In this document: piece after piece, positions 7,714-14,847 of the stretch | Position numbering within the stretch: position 1 is the stretch's first letter | Layout of the letters: each line of letters opens with the position of its first letter | Assembly: GCA_965662845.1 (NCBI GenBank) | Contig: CBFIJD010000015.1 | Coordinates: 23,679 to 54,813 of the forward strand | Direction of reading: 5' to 3' | Origin: an uncultured bacterium | GTDB taxonomy: Bacteria > SAR324 > NAC60-12 | Length of the DNA: 31,135 nucleotides | Position numbers and translations under genes: made by a program | Notes under the pieces: model-generated | What the model was told of the DNA's origin: nothing | Database searches by the model: none | What the model saw: the letters and a program-made list of their open reading frames with translations, nothing else

Positions 7714-9852
7714 GTGACTAACAAAACGGATCGTAAATGGTCGCGCTTTCTGTCGCTGTGGCGAGAGAACCGCAACCTGCGACGCGAGCACAACCAACTG
7801 CAACAAGAGCAGCTGCGTAAGCTTACAGAGGTGCAAGCGTTGATGGAGCGAGACGCGGCCCACCCTCCTTCTGTAGGCGAGGCAACAGAAGCGACTCCTC
7901 CCCCGCAAGACAAGCTCGCAGCGGAACAGCCCCCCTCAGACCCCTCCCCGATTGCCGAAGACCCCCTGCTGGGGAGCGCGCCTCCCTCCACAGCGACGGT
8001 CAGCCACGAGGCACCAGACGCCCGCGCTCAACGGATCGTGAAACTCGGCTATTGGACGTATGACGCCTCCACATCCATCTTTGAAGGGAACCCCCAGCAC
8101 TTCCGTAATCATGGCCTCGATGAGCTGTTGAGCGCAGTGACGCTCCCTGCGTGGTTGCGGGTGATCAGCAGCGAGGATCGTTCACGAGTCGGAGAGAAGT
8201 TCAGCAAGGCGATCGAATACGCCTCACCCGCCACCCTAGAATACCAGACCGAGAATCAGCGCGCTGTGCGACTCGAGATGCAACCGGATGGCTTTAACGA
8301 AGAGGGACGCTGCCGGCTGTTTGGGACGTCGCAAGATGTGACAGAGCTGCGCATGGGCGAGCGCATGTATCGCCAGATCACACAGCGCTTTTATCTGGTC
8401 AAGCAAGCGATTCGCATCGGGACGTGGGAGTGGACTCCACAAAATGACCATTTTTACCGAGACCGTGAAGCGGATGAGCTGCTGGGCGTCGAACAGGCGA
8501 GCCAAGGCGCCACCCTTGACGCGCTGCTCGAACGACTGGAAGCCTCCGAAGCCAAACAACTGCGAGCGCGTTGGGACGCGGCACTGCGCTCTAAAAGTCG
8601 CTTTGACGCAGAATTCAGCCTGCCCACTGGCGATCACCAACGTCGCTACTTGCGCCTAGAAGGCACCGTCGAGGTCGACAAAACGCAGCAGCTCAAGCGG
8701 GTGGTGGGCATCCTGCTAGATGTCACTCGTCAGAAACAGGCAGAAACTCAACTGCAACGGGATGAAGCCTTTCGCAAAGAGGCGCAGAGAATGGCGCGCA
8801 TCGCCGGTTGGGGCTGGAACCTTCACACCAACGAGTTTTTCTGCACAGAAGAACTGTACGAAATTTTCAGCTTCTCCACAGAAAGCGCGCTGAGCCCTGA
8901 AATGCTGGAACAGCGGATCCACGCGAATGATCGCTCCAAATTTACCGAAGCGCTGCGCCAAGCCACCGAAGATTGCAGTCGCTTTGAGGTGGGCTTTCGT
9001 GTGCCACATGAAGACGGCTCCGTCTCGCATTTGGTCGCGTTGGGGCGGGTGCTGGCCCACAATGGGGTCGCCCAAGAAGTGTGGGGCGCGATGCAAGACG
9101 TGACGGAGAGCAAGCGGCTGGAGTCGCAGCTCTTGCGCTCCGAGAAGCTACAGTCGCTAGGAACCCTCGCCGCGAACACAGGACACGAACTCAAAAACCC
9201 GCTCGCTGTGATTCGGACTCAGCTGGAGATGATGGAAATCTTCTTGGAGATGGAAAATTACGAGCGCATTCCAAAGTTGTTGCAAATTGCGAATGAACAA
9301 ACTCTGCGCGCCGCGAGCATCATCGACAGCATGCGGGTGCTCGCTTGGGATGAACTCAACAAAGAATACACGCCCGTGTTGCTGCGCCAAGTCCTTGACC
9401 GCAGCTTGCTGCGCCGCCAGCGAGAGTTTGAAGAGCAGCAAGTCCAGCTCACTCGGTGCCTGAACGGTGTGGAGGTCGAAGACTACCAAGCTCTCAACGA
9501 GATGGTGAAAGGCAACTTCACCCAGCTAGAGCAAGTGATGAGCAACCTGATGAGCAACGCTCTGGATGCGATGAAACACTCAAAAGTCCGTGAGCTGCAC
9601 TTGCACGTCACCGTGAAGCCGAGCCGGATCGTCTTGTCGCTGCGAGATACGGGGTGCGGCGTCACCGAAGAACATCTAGGAAAGATCTTTGACCCGTTCT
9701 TCACAACGAAGCCTCCCAAAGAAGGCATCGGGCTCGGGCTCGCGGTTTGTCTCGCGGTCGTGACCCAACACGGCGGCGATCTGGAAGTCGAGAGCCAACC
9801 GCAGCAAGGCTGCACCTTCCACCTCAACCTCCCCCTCTGGAAAGCTGGCTGA
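7714..9852 (+). CDS. Cytoplasmic multi-PAS sensor histidine kinase
   Basis: Three PAS_3-like repeats (LGYWTYD, IGTWEW, IAGWGWN, each ending in DVT). H-box GHELKNPL, N-box QVMSNLMSNALDAM, DTGCG, FDPFFTTK, GIGLGL. No TM. The GTG start is uncertain. Confidence 0.93.
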   Translation: MTNKTDRKWSRFLSLWRENRNLRREHNQLQQEQLRKLTEVQALMERDAAHPPSVGEATEATPPPQDKLAAEQPPSDPSPIAEDPLLGSAPPSTATVSHEAPDARAQRIVKLGYWTYDASTSIFEGNPQHFRNHGLDELLSAVTLPAWLRVISSEDRSRVGEKFSKAIEYASPATLEYQTENQRAVRLEMQPDGFNEEGRCRLFGTSQDVTELRMGERMYRQITQRFYLVKQAIRIGTWEWTPQNDHFYRDREADELLGVEQASQGATLDALLERLEASEAKQLRARWDAALRSKSRFDAEFSLPTGDHQRRYLRLEGTVEVDKTQQLKRVVGILLDVTRQKQAETQLQRDEAFRKEAQRMARIAGWGWNLHTNEFFCTEELYEIFSFSTESALSPEMLEQRIHANDRSKFTEALRQATEDCSRFEVGFRVPHEDGSVSHLVALGRVLAHNGVAQEVWGAMQDVTESKRLESQLLRSEKLQSLGTLAANTGHELKNPLAVIRTQLEMMEIFLEMENYERIPKLLQIANEQTLRAASIIDSMRVLAWDELNKEYTPVLLRQVLDRSLLRRQREFEEQQVQLTRCLNGVEVEDYQALNEMVKGNFTQLEQVMSNLMSNALDAMKHSKVRELHLHVTVKPSRIVLSLRDTGCGVTEEHLGKIFDPFFTTKPPKEGIGLGLAVCLAVVTQHGGDLEVESQPQQGCTFHLNLPLWKAG

Positions 9853-10007
9853 CTCTGCGGCGCCCCTTCGTCTTCTTCTCCGACACGCCTCGCTCGCTGG
9901 CTAATCAAACACTAACAATCCTTCCTTATCTTCCTGCCCCTTCGTGGCTCTTTTCGTTGCCGTGTGCGTGACGGTGACAGACTCCTTCCTTCCCTAAAAG
10001 CGTGGAC

Positions 10008-11090
10008 ATGCTGCCTCCTCTCACTGTGCTGTGTGTGGATGACGAGAAATCGATCCTTGACACCCTGCAAGATCAACTTCGCTATGCCTTTGCACAAGAG
10101 ATTCAAATTGAGATTGCCGAGAGCGGAGAAGAAGCCTTGGAAGTCGCCGCCGAAGTGGAAGAGGAACAAGGACACTTGGGGCTGGTGATTTCGGATTACA
10201 TCATGCCGGGCCTCAAGGGAGACGAGCTGCTCATTCAGCTGCACGAACGCTTTCCCCAAACTCGCAAGATCATGCTCACCGGACAAAGTTCGCTGGAGGC
10301 CGTCGGAAACTCGGTCAATCGAGCCGCCCTATATCGCTATCTCACCAAGCCTTGGGAAGCCGAAGACCTGCTCCTCACAGTCCGCTCTGCGCTCTTAGGG
10401 TTTCGACGAGACAAAGAACTCGAGAGTAAGATCTTGGCGTTTGAGAAGTTCTTGCCCCGCTCTTTTCTGAACATGCTCGGCGTGCGCGACTACGAAGACA
10501 TGGCCCGCAGCCAAGGTCGCGAGCGCACGATGACGATCTTGTTTTGCGACATCCGCTCGTTTACGTCGCTTTCGGAGGGCATGTCGGCGCAGCAGGCCTT
10601 TGACTTTGTGAACGCGTATCTCGCGGTGATGGGCCCCGCGATTCGCACGCAAGGCGGCGTTGTCGACAAATATATCGGAGACGGCATCATGGCGCTGTTT
10701 GAGAACGCCGATGACGGACTGAACGCAGCGCTCGCGATGCAGGATGCTTTGAAAAACTTCAATTTGCAGCGCATCCAAGCGTTTGAACCCGCTATCAGCA
10801 TTGGGATTGGCTTGAACACAGGGCCCGTCATTCTGGGGACCATTGGCGAGAGCGGGCGCTTGCAGACAACGGTTTTGGGAGACCATGTCAACTTAGCGAG
10901 CCGCGTGGAGAGCATGACGAAGAACTTTGAAGCTTCGATTCTCCTCACGGAAAGCACGTGGAACGAGGTGTCTCGTCCAGAGCTCTATCGCGTACAGCCG
11001 CTGGCGCGCGTGCATGTGACCGGGCGCAAAAGTGCGGTGATGCTGTTTGATCTGCAGGGGCGCATGGAGAGTCATGATTCGCGCGTTTGA
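10008..11090 (+). CDS. Response regulator receiver fused to a class III adenylate cyclase
   Basis: REC: VDDE, ISDYIMP, MLTG, KPW. Transducer-like FEKFLP. Cyclase: LFCDIRSFT, DKYIGDGIMALF, GIGLNTG, TVLGDHVNLASRVE. The Lys and Thr specificity residues favour ATP as substrate. Confidence 0.94.
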   Translation: MLPPLTVLCVDDEKSILDTLQDQLRYAFAQEIQIEIAESGEEALEVAAEVEEEQGHLGLVISDYIMPGLKGDELLIQLHERFPQTRKIMLTGQSSLEAVGNSVNRAALYRYLTKPWEAEDLLLTVRSALLGFRRDKELESKILAFEKFLPRSFLNMLGVRDYEDMARSQGRERTMTILFCDIRSFTSLSEGMSAQQAFDFVNAYLAVMGPAIRTQGGVVDKYIGDGIMALFENADDGLNAALAMQDALKNFNLQRIQAFEPAISIGIGLNTGPVILGTIGESGRLQTTVLGDHVNLASRVESMTKNFEASILLTESTWNEVSRPELYRVQPLARVHVTGRKSAVMLFDLQGRMESHDSRV

Positions 11091-13272
11091 CGCTCGTTAT
11101 TCGCTCGCAGCGTATCTGCTCCGAGTCATTTTTGGCCTATATTTCTTGGTCGCGCTCTTGGTGACGCTGCTGCAGCTGTATGTGGAATATGCCGATGTCA
11201 AAGCTACCGTCCAGCGGGAGGTGGTGGCCTTGGAACCCATCTTTCGTCGTGGCCTGAGCGAGGCGATGTGGTCGGTGAACACCCTCCAACTCCAATCCAT
11301 CACAGCGGGGATTTACCGGTTGCCTGTGGTGGTGGGACTCGAAGTCCGCAGCGAGGACGAGATCACAGCGGAGGGAAGACTCTTGGTGCAGCGAGGGCTC
11401 ATTCGCTTACCATCAGGGGAGACGCAGTGGCAGGAGTCCTTCCCAGTGGCAGATGCCATTGCTGATAGCGCGCTGATTGTGCACGAATTTCCGCTGATTT
11501 ACGAATACGAAGGCACGTCGTACCCGCTAGGCCGAGCGGTTTTTTATTCCAGTGAAGGGATTGTGTTTGAGCGGGTGCGCTACGGTTTTTTGCTGATTTT
11601 GGTGAACTCCTTCATCAAAACAGGCGTGTTGTGGTGCATCTTTCTGCTGGTGATTCGCAAAGTGTTGGGGCGCCCGCTCACCGCGCTGACGTCACGCGTA
11701 CAACAGCTGGATCTGGACACGCTGGATGACGCGGAAGTCCGCGAGTTCTCCCAACGAGAAGATGAACTCAATCAGCTCGCGCGGGCCTATAACCGGATGA
11801 TTGGGAAGATGCGCGCTTCTCGAGATCGGCAGTATGAAGTCGAGCAGAGTTTACGAGAGAAAGAAGCTCTGTTGGCGGAGTATTCCCGAGAACTCGAACG
11901 GCGCGTGGAGGCGCGCACGCTAGAATTGCGCCTCTCTCAGCAGAAGTTTCTCGTCGCGTTTCAACGCAGTCCACACCCGATTGTGATCCTCGACAACCAA
12001 GGCGTGTTCCTTGAGGCCAATCAAACGTTTTTTGAGTCTTCCGGCCTGCGCCCCGAACACATCGTCGGGCAGCGGATTGACGACTTAGGGATCTGGCGTG
12101 ACCAGCGCCAGCGTGTGCAGGTGCTCCGCAAGTTGCGCGCTGAGAAGGGCTTCCGCAACCAAGAGGTGGACATTGTCTTAGAGCCCAATCAACCCCGGAC
12201 GCTTTTGGTGTCAGCCGAGTCGATGAAACTTGGGTGGTCTGATAACTCCAGCGCTGAGGTCTCTTATCTCGTGACATGGAGCGACATCACCGAGCGCAAG
12301 CAGACCGAGCGAGAGATCCTCGTCAGCGAAAAGATGGCTGCGCTCGGACAGCTGATCGCGGGAGTGGCGCACGAAATCAACAACCCGCTGGCCACGATCC
12401 GAGCTGCAGCCGAGAACATGAACACCAACCTCCAAGAAGTCATCGACCGCTTCCCCATAGTGACGCGCACGCTGGCAGAAGACCGCTACGAGGGGTTCTT
12501 GGCGCTCCTGCACGAGGCGAGTCAGTCGCAGCCCCCGCTCTCTTCTCGCGAAGAGCGAAAACGTAAAAAAGCCCTGCGCGCAGCGCTACAAGAAGCGGGC
12601 GTCGAGGAGGCCGCGCCGAAGGCTGAAGCTCTCTGCAACGCAGGACTCTACGCACCAACGCCAGCGCAGCTTCAGTTGCTCGACGACCCCTCGTGGCGCG
12701 ACATCATCGGGCTGGCTTACAACCTCTCGCGACAGCAGCAAAACAGCCACAACGTCCGCGAGGCGGTTGAGCGCGCTGCAGGCATTGTGATGGCGCTGAA
12801 GAAATACTCCCACCAAGGCGGCCTCGGTGAGCGCACGTCGACCTCTGTGCAAGACACACTAGAGACCGTGCTGACGCTGCATCACAACCAACTCAAACGC
12901 GGTGTTGAGGTGACCCGGCACTTTGCGGCAGACGTCCCCACGATTCAGGCCTTCCCGAACGAACTCATTCAAGTGTGGACGAACCTCATCCAAAACGCGC
13001 TCCATGCCATGGAAGGACGCGGCATCCTAGAGGTCGGCGTCCACCGCCAAGGCGACGAGCTAGTGGTGGAGATCACCGACAACGGACCAGGCGTCCCCGC
13101 AGCCCTTCAGGAGCGGATCTTTGAGCCGTTTTTTACCACCAAGCCCATGGGCGAAGGCTCCGGGCTGGGCCTCGATATCGTCCGCAAAATCATTGAGCGT
13201 CACCAAGGACGTCTCACTCTGGAGAGCGTGCCCGGGCGTACGCGATTTTCTGTGCACCTGCCTATTTCTTGA
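11074..13272 (+). CDS. Membrane sensor histidine kinase (2 TM, periplasmic domain, HAMP, PAS, HisKA, HATPase)
   Basis: GGAG RBS before ATG 11074, overlapping the cyclase stop. Two TM helices, HAMP (EDELNQL), PAS ending DITERK, H-box EKMAALGQLIAGVAHEINNPL, QVWTNLIQNA, DNGPG, FEPFFTTK, GSGLGL. Confidence 0.94.
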   Translation: MIRAFDARYSLAAYLLRVIFGLYFLVALLVTLLQLYVEYADVKATVQREVVALEPIFRRGLSEAMWSVNTLQLQSITAGIYRLPVVVGLEVRSEDEITAEGRLLVQRGLIRLPSGETQWQESFPVADAIADSALIVHEFPLIYEYEGTSYPLGRAVFYSSEGIVFERVRYGFLLILVNSFIKTGVLWCIFLLVIRKVLGRPLTALTSRVQQLDLDTLDDAEVREFSQREDELNQLARAYNRMIGKMRASRDRQYEVEQSLREKEALLAEYSRELERRVEARTLELRLSQQKFLVAFQRSPHPIVILDNQGVFLEANQTFFESSGLRPEHIVGQRIDDLGIWRDQRQRVQVLRKLRAEKGFRNQEVDIVLEPNQPRTLLVSAESMKLGWSDNSSAEVSYLVTWSDITERKQTEREILVSEKMAALGQLIAGVAHEINNPLATIRAAAENMNTNLQEVIDRFPIVTRTLAEDRYEGFLALLHEASQSQPPLSSREERKRKKALRAALQEAGVEEAAPKAEALCNAGLYAPTPAQLQLLDDPSWRDIIGLAYNLSRQQQNSHNVREAVERAAGIVMALKKYSHQGGLGERTSTSVQDTLETVLTLHHNQLKRGVEVTRHFAADVPTIQAFPNELIQVWTNLIQNALHAMEGRGILEVGVHRQGDELVVEITDNGPGVPAALQERIFEPFFTTKPMGEGSGLGLDIVRKIIERHQGRLTLESVPGRTRFSVHLPIS

Positions 13273-13281
13273 GGAACTCTC

Positions 13282-13671
13282 ATGGAACGGATCATTCTGT
13301 GTGTCGATGACGAGAAGATGATTCTGGATACGCTGCGAGAACAACTGATGAGCGCCTTCGGAGGACGGTTTGGTTACGAGACCGCCGAGAGCGCGGAAGA
13401 AGCCTTAGAGCTTGTCGAAGAGCTGCTCGAAGAAGAAGAAGTCGCCCTTGTGCTGATCATCTCCGACTGGCTCATGGACGGCATGAAAGGTGACGAGCTG
13501 CTGGTGCGCGTGCACAAGCTCACGCCGGCTTCTGTCAAAATCATGTTGACCGGACAGGCCGATGAATCTGCCGTCGAGATCGCCCGCGAGAAAGGCGGGA
13601 TGAGCGCTTGCCTCGGCAAACCGTGGAACAAAGATGAACTCTTCAACCTGATTGAACGCAGCTTGAGCTGA
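13282..13671 (+). CDS. Single-domain response regulator
   Basis: GAGGA RBS. REC only (129 aa): CVDDE, ISDWLM, MLTG, KPW. Confidence 0.94.
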   Translation: MERIILCVDDEKMILDTLREQLMSAFGGRFGYETAESAEEALELVEELLEEEEVALVLIISDWLMDGMKGDELLVRVHKLTPASVKIMLTGQADESAVEIAREKGGMSACLGKPWNKDELFNLIERSLS

Positions 13672-13731
13672 CTCCGGCGTTTCTCCTTGAACCGACTCGG
13701 GCCCATCCCGCGTCCTGATGCGATGAGACTC

Positions 13732-14847
13732 ATGCAGCCCATCATTCTCTGTGTAGACGACGAACGAACGATTCTGGACAGCCTGCGCGACCAGATTGGT
13801 CACAGCCTCCAGCCGTATTTTCAGATTGAAATTGCCGAGAGCGGACAAGAAGCCCTTGAGGTGCTGGAAGAACTGAATCAAGAAGGGGAAGTGGTGCTGG
13901 CGATCTCGGATTACATCATGCCACACATGCGCGGAGATGAGTTTTTGATTCGGCTCGCGGAGCAGTCTCCAAGGACGGTGCAGGTCATGCTGACCGGACA
14001 AGCCGACGCAGAAGCCGTGGGACGAGCCGTCAATCAAGCGAGCTTATATCGCTATATGTCAAAACCGTGGAATCGTGGCGAGCTGGAGGCGACGGTGCTG
14101 GCGGCCGCCGCGATTTACTACCAGAACAAACGACTGGAAGAAGCAGAAGCGCAAGCGATTCACGCGGCGCGTTTGGCTGGGATCGGAGAGGTGGCGGCGA
14201 GTGTTGCCCACGATGTGAAAAATCCATTGGGTGTCATTCAGCTGATCATTGAACACCAGTTGCGCATGCCGGAGGTCGATCGCAAGGAGTTAGAGAAGGT
14301 TCTCCAGCTAGTCGAGAAGTGCAACCGCATCTTGCAGCAAATTCTGAAAATGAGCCGCAAGTATGAAGACGAACCCTTCCAAGTGGAGCACTCGCTCAAT
14401 CAAATTCTCAGTGACTCCTTCCTCTTGCTCGGCAAGAGCTTGCAGCTGGGAGGAATCACGATCACACGCGAACTCGCCTCAGAGTTGCCCCCGATTCGTT
14501 GTCGCGCCGCCCAGCTGGAGCAAGTGTTTGTGAACCTGCTGAGCAACGCGCGCGACGCAATGGAGCACAGCGCAAACCGAGAACTGACGGTGCGTACCTA
14601 TCGCGAGAACAGCGCTCTTGTGGCAGAGGTCGCCGACACCGGCTGTGGTATTCCTGCAGACAAGCTAGACAAGATCTTTGAGTCGTTCTACACCACAAAG
14701 TCTTCCGGCAAAGGCACCGGTTTGGGCATGGCCATCAGCCGGCGCATTGTCGAAGAGCACGGCGGCCAACTCACCGTCGAGAGTCAAATCAACCAAGGAA
14801 CCTGCTTCCGCGTTCGCCTCCCGATCTCTCGCATGACCCCCGCATGA
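13732..14847 (+). CDS. Hybrid REC-HisKA-HATPase histidine kinase
   Basis: N-terminal REC (CVDDE, ISDYIMP, MLTG, KPW). H-box AHDVKNPL, QVFVNLLSNARDAM, DTGCG, GKGTGLG. Start could be ATG 13723 or 13732. Confidence 0.92.
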   Translation: MQPIILCVDDERTILDSLRDQIGHSLQPYFQIEIAESGQEALEVLEELNQEGEVVLAISDYIMPHMRGDEFLIRLAEQSPRTVQVMLTGQADAEAVGRAVNQASLYRYMSKPWNRGELEATVLAAAAIYYQNKRLEEAEAQAIHAARLAGIGEVAASVAHDVKNPLGVIQLIIEHQLRMPEVDRKELEKVLQLVEKCNRILQQILKMSRKYEDEPFQVEHSLNQILSDSFLLLGKSLQLGGITITRELASELPPIRCRAAQLEQVFVNLLSNARDAMEHSANRELTVRTYRENSALVAEVADTGCGIPADKLDKIFESFYTTKSSGKGTGLGMAISRRIVEEHGGQLTVESQINQGTCFRVRLPISRMTPA

